Source: Prochlorococcus sp. AG-321-D23
Lineage (GTDB): Bacteria > Cyanobacteriota > Cyanobacteriia > PCC-6307 > Cyanobiaceae
Length of the DNA: 64,000 nt
Assembly: GCA_003283445.1 (NCBI GenBank)
Contig: QBXG01000001.1
Span: 1,587 to 65,586 of the forward strand
Direction: 5' to 3'
Below are positions 46,508 to 53,992 of the stretch, one piece after another. A program made the position numbers and the translations under genes. The first letter of the stretch is position 1. The number at the start of each line of letters is the position of its first letter. The notes beneath the pieces are model-generated. The model was not told the origin of the DNA. It made no database searches and saw only the letters and a list, made by a program, of their open reading frames with translations.

Positions 46508-47557
46508 TTGAAAGAATTAACTATATCAAAACCGGATGATTGGCATTTACATTTAAGGGAAGGCATTGTTTTAAAAAATATTATTAGGTTTACATCTCAA
46601 TATTTTGGTAGGGCTATTGTGATGCCAAACACCAAAAACCCAATAACATCTATAGAAAAATGTATTTCTTATAAAAATTCTATATTTGAAGCATTGTCTA
46701 ATAATTCTACATTTGAGCCATTAATGACGATATATCTAACGGACGAGACAATAAAACATGAATTAGTAAAAGGTTTTAATAATAAAGTTTTCTTTGCTGC
46801 CAAATTGTATCCTGCTAATGCAACAACAAATTCCAGATATGGAGTTAAAAAAATAGAAAATCTTTATGAAATTTTTGAAGTTATGCAAGAACTTGGAATG
46901 CCACTTTTAATTCATGGAGAAGTAACTGACCCTGAAGTAGATATTTTTGATAGGGAAGAAGTTTTTATTGATAAAGAACTTTCACCTTTAATACAACAAT
47001 TTCCAAAATTAAAGATTGTTTTAGAGCATATAACTACCTCTTATGCAGTTGATTTTGTTCAGAGGAATAACTTAGGAGCTACTATTACTCCACATCATTT
47101 ACACATAAATAGGAATGCAATGTTCTTTGGAGGTTTAAATAGTGACTTTTACTGCTTACCAGTCGCAAAGAGAGAAAATAATAGAATTGCTTTAAGGAAA
47201 GCTGCTACTAGTGGAAAAGAATGTTTTTTCTTAGGCACAGATTCTGCTCCTCACTTAAGACAGTGGAAAGCTTTTTGTGGTTGTGCAGGCATTTTTAATT
47301 CTCCAGTAGCAATAGAAAGCTATTTAAAAGTTTTTGAGGAGGAAAATGCACTTGATCAATTCGAAAAATTTGCCAGCTTGAATGGGCCTAATTTTTATAA
47401 TCTACCTATTAATAACGAAAAAATAAGATTGGTATCAAGGTCAAATAAAATCCCAGAATTTATTGAAGTAATTGAACAAAATAAGGTTGTTGGACAAATA
47501 AAACCATTTCATGGAGGTGAAACTTTAACTTGGCGAGTAGAGGGAGTAGTTAAATGA
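46508..47557 (+). CDS. pyrC: Dihydroorotase
   Basis: DWHLHLR, MPN, KLYPA.ATTNS, HGE, EHITT, GTDSAPH. Confidence 0.96.
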   Translation: MKELTISKPDDWHLHLREGIVLKNIIRFTSQYFGRAIVMPNTKNPITSIEKCISYKNSIFEALSNNSTFEPLMTIYLTDETIKHELVKGFNNKVFFAAKLYPANATTNSRYGVKKIENLYEIFEVMQELGMPLLIHGEVTDPEVDIFDREEVFIDKELSPLIQQFPKLKIVLEHITTSYAVDFVQRNNLGATITPHHLHINRNAMFFGGLNSDFYCLPVAKRENNRIALRKAATSGKECFFLGTDSAPHLRQWKAFCGCAGIFNSPVAIESYLKVFEEENALDQFEKFASLNGPNFYNLPINNEKIRLVSRSNKIPEFIEVIEQNKVVGQIKPFHGGETLTWRVEGVVK

Positions 47558-47737
47558 AAAGATAAAGAAATTGTATTTCTTATAGAAAAATATGAGTACG
47601 GTATTTTTCATGAATCATTAATTTAATGATTGAAAGATTTAAATTAATCTCAAGATGGCGAGAAAATGTAAATATTCGCATTTTACTTGTTTAATTTAGA
47701 TAGTTTCGGCTACGCTTGAAAAGCGTGAATTCCTCTT

Positions 47738-47778
47738 GGGAGTGTGGCGGAATTGGTAGACGCGCCGGACTTAAAATC
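47738..47778 (+). repeat. Exact 41-bp copy of the 5' half of tRNA-Leu(UAA), att-like direct repeat
   Basis: GGGAGTGTGGCGGAATTGGTAGACGCGCCGGACTTAAAATC is identical to 48331-48371 and ends just past the anticodon loop. Confidence 0.95.
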
Positions 47779-47805
47779 TTCTAGAGTTTAAAGTATTAAG
47801 TGGAT

Positions 47806-47839
47806 GGGATAAGCTAAAAAGCTAGTCCCTTTCTTATTT
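47806..47839 (+). terminator. Intrinsic terminator-like hairpin after the half-tRNA
   Basis: GGGATAAGCT-aaaa-AGCTAGTCCC (one G-U, one mismatch) followed by TTTCTTATTT. Confidence 0.55.
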
Positions 47840-47931
47840 ATAAAACTTACGAAGGTGCACATAAATATCTATAGAGTATTTTTAAAGAATCAAGCCTAAT
47901 TAAATCAAGTTTTTTAGAGTTTCTGTCAGGA

Positions 47932-48147
47932 TTATTTTTTTAAAATTATTTTATTTTTCTCCTCTTTTTCATATGGGAAAATAATCGCCAAACCTAGGTA
48001 CACAAGAATTGCAAATCCAAATGTAAAGCATGCTGCTATGAAGAAAACTAATCTCCAAAAAAAAGCAGAGCCTCTTCCTGAAATCTCTAACCCTTTACAA
48101 ATACCTAAAAACCAAGCACCTTTTTTAGACCTAATAATACTTGACAT
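47932..48147 (-). CDS. PspC-domain small membrane protein
   Basis: RSKKGAWFLGICKGL...WRLVF...ILVYLGLAIIFP fits the PspC pattern (RS.....GVC.GL...R..F...Y......P). Confidence 0.75.
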   Translation of the reverse strand: MSSIIRSKKGAWFLGICKGLEISGRGSAFFWRLVFFIAACFTFGFAILVYLGLAIIFPYEKEEKNKIILKK

Positions 48148-48330
48148 TATATTTTATATATAAATCTATGATTAATAATTTATCAGAAATCTTTATTTAT
48201 ACAAGCAAATATCTGAAGACTTCTAAATAGCAAAATCCAACGAGTCTACAGATCTCAATATCATCACTTTTTACATCAATTTCAGTGCAAGTTTACAATA
48301 AAAGTTACAATAAAAATGCTGAGAAGCATT

Positions 48331-48416
48331 GGGAGTGTGGCGGAATTGGTAGACGCGCCGGACTTAAAATCCGTCGAGCGCTTTAGCTCGTGGGGGTTCA
48401 AGTCCCCCCACTCCCA
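48331..48416 (+). tRNA. trnL: tRNA-Leu(UAA), intron-less
   Basis: Acceptor stem GGGAGTG/CACTCCC plus discriminator A, D-loop TGGTAGAC, anticodon loop CTTAAAA, long variable arm, T-arm GGGGGTTCAAGTCCCCC; CCA not encoded. Confidence 0.97.
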
Positions 48417-48495
48417 TTCTTAAACTATTTATTTTTAGTTCTTACGATAACTTTCAATAGTTGTTAAGTTTAAACTAAATAAACCAGAAATTTTA

Positions 48496-48729
48496 ATGGA
48501 AAGTATTTTTAATAATTCATTAGCTACTTTAGTTGCCTACGTTGGAATTATTTCTATATATTTAGTTGTTATTCCGTTAATACTTTTTTACTGGATGAAT
48601 AATAGATGGAATGTTATGGGCAAATTTGAGAGATTAATAGTTTATGGATTAGTATTTCTTTTTTTTCCAGGTTTAATTTTATTTTCTCCTTTTTTAAATC
48701 TCAGATTAAGAGGAGATAACAAAGGTTAA
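48496..48729 (+). CDS. ndhL: NDH-1 subunit L
   Basis: YLVVIP...WMNNRW...ER...[19 protein letters not shown]. Confidence 0.92.
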   Translation: MESIFNNSLATLVAYVGIISIYLVVIPLILFYWMNNRWNVMGKFERLIVYGLVFLFFPGLILFSPFLNLRLRGDNKG

Positions 48730-48733
48730 ATAA

Positions 48734-49054
48734 TTGACTAAAGGTAAGGTAGTACAAATAGGTTTATTAATCTCATTATTAGGACTGTTAAGTTATAAAT
48801 TGGCTCCACAATTCGGTCTTGATAACTTTACAGCTAGCACTATCTCAAACTTTATATTGATTGTGATTGTGATAACTTGGGTTTCATCTTATGTTCTTAG
48901 AGTTTTAAACGGAAAAATGACTTTTATGGAACAAAGGAAGCGTTATAGAAAAGAGTATGAAAAAATTGTGAATGATAAACTAGAGACCAGATTTAACTTA
49001 TTACCAAAAGAAGAGCAGGAAAAACTAATGGAAGATTTAGAAAAAAATCCATAA
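48734..49054 (+). CDS. DUF3007 membrane protein
   Basis: Two TM helices followed by WVSSY..RV..GKMTFMEQRKRY. Confidence 0.8.
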   Translation: MTKGKVVQIGLLISLLGLLSYKLAPQFGLDNFTASTISNFILIVIVITWVSSYVLRVLNGKMTFMEQRKRYRKEYEKIVNDKLETRFNLLPKEEQEKLMEDLEKNP

Positions 49055-49092
49055 ACTCCTTAATAATTATCAAATAAAAATCTCAAAAATTC

Positions 49093-49932
49093 ATGAAAGA
49101 AAACAAGAAAACGCAAAATCCTAAGAATGAAACTTTATCAAAAATAAATAAGAAGTTTTTGGAACTTAAGAAAAAAGATAAATTAGCATTGATGCCTTTC
49201 ATAATGGCAGGTGATCCTAATATTGGGATTACATCAGAGATTTTATTAAAGTTGCAAGAAAAGGGTGCGGACCTTATTGAATTAGGAATCCCTTATAGCG
49301 ACCCTCTTGCTGATGGTCCAATAATTCAATTATCAGCTTCTAGAGCATTAAAGTCAGGAACTACATTGAAAAATGTTATTCAATTATTAGAGTCTTTGAA
49401 AGATAAGTTGCAAATTCCAATAATACTTTTCACTTATTTTAATCCAGTATTAAATTTTGGACTTGAGAATTTTTGTGAATTGGCATCTAAAGTAGGAGTT
49501 TCAGGATTAATAATTCCCGATCTTCCTTTGGAAGAAGCATATAAATTTTCAGAAATAATTAGTTCTTATTCTATAGACTTGATATTATTAGTCGCTCCTA
49601 CTACTCCCTCTGAAAGAATGAAAATTATATCTAATAATACAAAAGGTTTTACTTATTTAGTAAGCGTAACAGGAGTAACAGGAGAGAGAAACAAAATGGA
49701 AAATAGAGTAGAGAATCTTATTACTAAATTACAAGAAATAAGCATTAATCCTGTAGCGGTTGGTTTTGGAATATCTTCTCCTGAACATGTTAATAAAGTT
49801 CGTAAATGGGGGGCAGATGGAGTAATTATTGGAAGTGCATTTATTAAAAGAATATCTAATAGTAATGAAAAGGAAGTTGTTAATCAAATTGGTAAATTTT
49901 GTGAAGAAATGCGTAAAGCTGCTGATCAATAA
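49093..49932 (+). CDS. trpA: Tryptophan synthase alpha subunit
   Basis: AGDP, IELGIPYSDPLADGP.IQ, PDLP, GVTG, VGFGIS. Confidence 0.97.
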   Translation: MKENKKTQNPKNETLSKINKKFLELKKKDKLALMPFIMAGDPNIGITSEILLKLQEKGADLIELGIPYSDPLADGPIIQLSASRALKSGTTLKNVIQLLESLKDKLQIPIILFTYFNPVLNFGLENFCELASKVGVSGLIIPDLPLEEAYKFSEIISSYSIDLILLVAPTTPSERMKIISNNTKGFTYLVSVTGVTGERNKMENRVENLITKLQEISINPVAVGFGISSPEHVNKVRKWGADGVIIGSAFIKRISNSNEKEVVNQIGKFCEEMRKAADQ

Positions 49933-49972
49933 ATGTAATTAAAAACTAATTTTGCATGTTTATTTTATTAAA

Positions 49973-49996
49973 AAACCCCTAGATGAAAAGGGGTTT
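49973..49996. terminator. Probable bidirectional terminator between convergent trpA and cyAbrB
   Basis: AAACCCCT...AGGGGTTT stem with A/T-rich flanks. Confidence 0.65.
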
Positions 49997-50030
49997 AATT
50001 CTTATTAATTAAAATAATATTTTATGGGTA

Positions 50031-50381
50031 TTATTCTGATGGTAATAATCTTATTTGTTTTCTCCCTAGCTTTATTTCAAACTCATCACCTGCTTTTAAG
50101 TCTAAAAGTGCTGTATATGCTTTCCCAATCAAAAGATTGCCATTACCTTGAACTGTGGCTATATAACTTAACTTTCTGCCACCCTTACCAATACCTGCAA
50201 CTCCGGTATCTCCGAGGTTAACGCCTTTTGCTTCAAGAAGTGCTTCATAAAAAGCAGTGAAATTTAAACGTTCGCTTCCATTTTTTTTCGTGGAAACGTA
50301 TCCACATGCACGAACAAGATCTGACTTGCTAACATCACCAAGTTCTTTAACTTTAGCAAGGAGATCGCTACCACTTAGCAT
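50031..50381 (-). CDS. Cyanobacterial AbrB-like transcription regulator
   Basis: CGYV, FTAFYEALLEAKG, GRKLSY...VQGNGNLLIGKAYT, GDEFEIKLG. Confidence 0.92.
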   Translation of the reverse strand: MLSGSDLLAKVKELGDVSKSDLVRACGYVSTKKNGSERLNFTAFYEALLEAKGVNLGDTGVAGIGKGGRKLSYIATVQGNGNLLIGKAYTALLDLKAGDEFEIKLGRKQIRLLPSE

Positions 50382-50477
50382 AATAAATTAATAAAAAGTT
50401 ATTCTTAATTAACATAGCAATTAGTGTGTAAATTGTGCAATTATTAAGCATATATTTATTCAATTAGTTATCTTTTA

Positions 50478-50750
50478 ATGATGGAAAAATTTATAGTATT
50501 TGGGAAGTATTGTGACGATGCAATTAACAAAAGGGAACCATTTCGTAAAATTCATCTTGATAGACTTGGGGATTTAAAAGATAGAAATATTTTAATTACT
50601 TTAGGACCTACTAAATGTACAAAATATTTATTTGGTATTTTTAACGCTAATAATGAAAATGAATTAAGACAATTAATTGAGAAAGATATTTATTGGCAGG
50701 AAGGTATATGGATTGATTTTGATATTTATCCATGGATTCAAGCATTCTAA
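50478..50750 (+). CDS. YciI-family protein
   Basis: R...R..HL, GPT, D.Y...GIW pattern. Confidence 0.8.
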   Translation: MMEKFIVFGKYCDDAINKREPFRKIHLDRLGDLKDRNILITLGPTKCTKYLFGIFNANNENELRQLIEKDIYWQEGIWIDFDIYPWIQAF

Positions 50751-50964
50751 TAAAGTATATATAAAAAAATGATTATATTTAAGTAAGTTTTATTTATAAT
50801 TAGAACGACAATTATTTTTTATAATTGTAAAAATAAGATATTTATTTATATAAAAAATTATAAATAAATAATAGAATTTATAATAAAAATGATTCTAAAA
50901 TACTATGTATATATGGGTATTAAAGTTAGTTTTTAAATCAAAAAAATAGCTTAGTTTAAATATT

Positions 50965-51285
50965 TTATTTACTACTGTCTTTTTTTATTTGGTTCACTAA
51001 GGAGTCGATATCTAATTGATTATATGGGTGGGTTTCGTTTATTCCATGAGAATTAGTTTGAATATTGTTTAACCAGTTTTGTTCGATCTTTATGAGATTT
51101 TTAACAATGTTGAAAATACCTCCTTTTTTATAAAATTCTTTAACTTTTTGGGTGATTTCGGAGGTTCGGCTTGATTTGAGATTTAATTCATTAGCAAGAT
51201 CTTTTTGTGTATATCCATGGGATTTTAACCAATCTTTAATAAAAGACATAAGTTCTTTTTCTTCTCCTTGTGAAAGTTTACTCAC
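50965..51285 (-). CDS. Hypothetical protein with XRE-like helix-turn-helix
   Basis: IKDWLKSHGYTQKDLANELNLKSSRTSEI; GTG start overlaps the upstream stop. Confidence 0.6.
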   Translation of the reverse strand: MSKLSQGEEKELMSFIKDWLKSHGYTQKDLANELNLKSSRTSEITQKVKEFYKKGGIFNIVKNLIKIEQNWLNNIQTNSHGINETHPYNQLDIDSLVNQIKKDSSK

Positions 51286-51656
51286 TTAACAAAAGGGAAT
51301 AATTTATTAAGTTTCCTTTCTGCTCTTGCTCTTATTGCAGGAGTCATATATCTACTCCATATACTTAAAACTGCAGTAAGAGCAACAAAGTCATCACTGT
51401 AACCTACTAAAGGCATAAAGTCAGGGAATAGATCAAATGGCATTATTAAATAAGCTAGTGCGGCCATTAAGGAAACTCTTACTTGTGTTGGAGTGAAAGG
51501 ATCGAGAGCCATTTCTAGGACTTCTAAAGCTGGTTTTGCAATTGTTCTACCAGCTCTTATTAAGATTTTTATAATGATATTTTCATCTAATGATGAACTT
51601 TCTAAAACCTCTGCATCATAAATTTTTTCTTTGTTTTTGTAATAGCTATCATTCAT
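51282..51656 (-). CDS. DUF1232/YkvA-family membrane protein
   Basis: ALAYLIMPFDLFPDFMPLVGYSDD. Confidence 0.85.
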   Translation of the reverse strand: MNDSYYKNKEKIYDAEVLESSSLDENIIIKILIRAGRTIAKPALEVLEMALDPFTPTQVRVSLMAALAYLIMPFDLFPDFMPLVGYSDDFVALTAVLSIWSRYMTPAIRARAERKLNKLFPFVK

Positions 51657-51684
51657 AATTTTTAATTTAATTAATTATTGATTT

Positions 51685-52608
51685 TTAGCTAACACTATCA
51701 ACTAGTCCATTCTGGATCCCTGCTTTTCTAAGCTTTCTCAAGGCTCTTTGTACAACTTGTCTGCAATATTCTCTACTACAACTCATATGTCTTGCAACTT
51801 CAGCTAAAGTTCGCCATTCATTTGAACCATCTAAACCGAATCTAAGGCTTACTATCTTTCTTTCTTTTTCAGTTAGATTTGCCTTATCTAATAATGTCCA
51901 TGCAGAGGAAGTCCTCTCAGCTAATTCTGCTAATTCCATAGGAGGCGTTTGATCACTTGGCAGAATATCAACAAGTTCAGATGGATCGGACTTAGATTTT
52001 ACAGTGCCTTGAAGACTAACTGTTATACTTCTCAACTCGCAAGAAAGAAGTTCATCTATCTCCTCTTTCGTAATTTTCAGCTCATTTGCTAACTCAATGC
52101 TAGTTGGAGGAAAACCTTTAAGTTGCATTAGCTTTGATTTTGCTGCTCTTAATTTAGTAAGCTTTTCATTAATGTTTACTGGTATTCTTATTGTTCTACT
52201 TTGCGTTGAGAGTGCTCTATTTAATCCCTGCCTTATCCACCAATAGGCATAAGTAGAGAATCTATGCCCTCTTGAAGGGTCGTATTTCTCTACAGCTCGC
52301 GTAAGTCCAAGGGTACCTTCTTGAATTAAATCTAACAAATCTAAACCTTTTCCCTGATATCTTTTTGAGAGATTAACTACTAATCTTAGATTTGCTGTAA
52401 TCATATCGTTCTTAGCTTTTTCCCCAATTTTTATTTTCTTTTTTTCCTCTTCGGAATATTCACAATCAGGACCTTTACCACCGGCTATTTGACATCTATT
52501 GATAAGTACAACCATTTCTTGGACTTTTCTTCCCATAGTGAGTTCCCTCTCTGGTGTCAAAAGTTGATGACGACCTATTTCTCCAAGAAAATCGCTCAAT
52601 GAACTCAC
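51685..52608 (-). CDS. Group 2 (RpoD-like) RNA polymerase sigma factor
   Basis: ANLRLVV, DLIQEG, FSTYAYWWIRQ, RTIRIP, region 4 LRFGL...SREYCRQ. Confidence 0.93.
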   Translation of the reverse strand: MSSLSDFLGEIGRHQLLTPERELTMGRKVQEMVVLINRCQIAGGKGPDCEYSEEEKKKIKIGEKAKNDMITANLRLVVNLSKRYQGKGLDLLDLIQEGTLGLTRAVEKYDPSRGHRFSTYAYWWIRQGLNRALSTQSRTIRIPVNINEKLTKLRAAKSKLMQLKGFPPTSIELANELKITKEEIDELLSCELRSITVSLQGTVKSKSDPSELVDILPSDQTPPMELAELAERTSSAWTLLDKANLTEKERKIVSLRFGLDGSNEWRTLAEVARHMSCSREYCRQVVQRALRKLRKAGIQNGLVDSVS

Positions 52609-52744
52609 GATTTACACCTTTGCTTAATACATTTAACTTATAGTTATTTTCCTAATAAGCTATACATGTAATAATTAATTAATATTTAATTAATAATTAT
52701 TATTTATTAATTTGATTGAATTTATAGTTTCCGTATATAAATAT

Positions 52745-53410
52745 TTAATTATTCTTTTTTCTTCTTGATTCAAGAATAGTTAGTACATCTCTCCACTCAA
52801 CTCCCTTATGCAGCAATGCTACTTGAAGATGATAAATTATATCTGAAGCTTCATTTGCGATTTCATTTTTGTCATTATCTTTGCAGGCCATAATAAATTC
52901 AGCAGTTTCTTCTCCCATTTTTTTTAAGATAGTATTACTACCTTTTGTTAACAAATGATTTGTATAACTTTTCTCTAAAGGATTGATTGATCTTTCATTA
53001 ATAGTATCAAATAATTCTGAGCAAATATTAGAAAAAGGATTTGTTTTCTTTGATGTTTTATTAACTGAATTACTATCAATTTCATTGAAAAAACAACTTT
53101 TTTCGCCTGTATGGCATGCCCCTGAGCCATTCTGTTCTATTGAAAGAACAAGTGCATCATTATCGCAATCAAATCTAATTTCTTTAAGAAATTGGGTACT
53201 ACCGCTCGTTGCTCCTTTTCTCCATATCTCGGATCTAGATCGGCTCCAGTAATGTACATTTCTTGTTTCGAGTGTTTTATTTAAAGATTCTTTATTCATC
53301 CAAGCCAACATAAGAATGGATCCGTCTAGCCAGTCTTGCGCTATTGCAGGAATTAATCCATTATTATCAAAACGAAGTTCCTCTATAGAAAAATTTGTTG
53401 AATAAGCCAT
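52745..53410 (-). CDS. hisIE: Bifunctional phosphoribosyl-AMP cyclohydrolase / phosphoribosyl-ATP pyrophosphatase
   Basis: YWSRSR..W.KG.TSG, DCD.D, ACHTG..SCF, SYT, KK.GEE. Confidence 0.95.
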   Translation of the reverse strand: MAYSTNFSIEELRFDNNGLIPAIAQDWLDGSILMLAWMNKESLNKTLETRNVHYWSRSRSEIWRKGATSGSTQFLKEIRFDCDNDALVLSIEQNGSGACHTGEKSCFFNEIDSNSVNKTSKKTNPFSNICSELFDTINERSINPLEKSYTNHLLTKGSNTILKKMGEETAEFIMACKDNDKNEIANEASDIIYHLQVALLHKGVEWRDVLTILESRRKKNN

Positions 53411-53473
53411 TATATTTAATGTGTTAGACCTCTTACTCTTTGATTTACTAAAGTTTATCTTATCAGTTTATTA

Positions 53474-53938
53474 ATGGATATTCATTCATCACAATTTTCT
53501 TGCAGCAAAAGTTATGAGGATTTTCCCTGCTCTCATAGGCAATGGCGCCATGATGGACATTGTAGATTTGTCCATGGTTATTCAAGGACATTTACCTTTT
53601 GGTTCGCTGCTAAAGAATTGGACAAAAATGGTTTTGTCGTTGATTTTTCTGGTTTGAAACCTCTTGAGAAAAGGCTTAAAGAACAGTTTGATCATACATT
53701 TCTTGTAAATAGTGATGATCCTTTATTAAATTACTGGAGGAAATTACATGATTTAGATGCTTTAAATTTGAAGATAATGGATAATGTTGGAATGGAATTT
53801 TCTTCTGAAATGATTTGGCAATGGGCTAATGAATACTTGAAGAATAATGATAAAGGAAGAACATGCTGCTGGAAAGCTGAATCAAAAGAAAATAAATCAA
53901 ATTCTGCTAGTTATGAAAAATTCCCAGAGTGGTTTTAA
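53474..53938 (+). CDS. 6-pyruvoyl-tetrahydropterin synthase / QueD-family protein
   Basis: SHR...CRFVHGY, GFVVDF, FDHTFL. Confidence 0.82.
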   Translation: MDIHSSQFSCSKSYEDFPCSHRQWRHDGHCRFVHGYSRTFTFWFAAKELDKNGFVVDFSGLKPLEKRLKEQFDHTFLVNSDDPLLNYWRKLHDLDALNLKIMDNVGMEFSSEMIWQWANEYLKNNDKGRTCCWKAESKENKSNSASYEKFPEWF

Positions 53939-53992
53939 AATTTTATTTAAAAGTTTATAAGCAAATTTAAAAAAAATACTTTAATCAAAATA

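Larger units (their letters stand above)
47738..48371. mobile_element. tRNA-Leu-anchored mini-island / integrative element remnant
   Basis: Bounded by 41-bp tRNA direct repeats 593 bp apart; contains one intact ORF and no integrase. Confidence 0.7.

Noticed and set aside
48195-48270. Possible decayed integrase N-terminus on the minus strand next to the tRNA (MILRSVDSLDFAI*KSSDICLYK)
   Set aside because: Too short and without a diagnostic motif; it would need tBLASTn support.
47738-48416. Group I intron or split gene in tRNA-Leu(UAA)
   Set aside because: The downstream tRNA is complete and uninterrupted, the upstream piece duplicates rather than complements it, and no group I core is visible.
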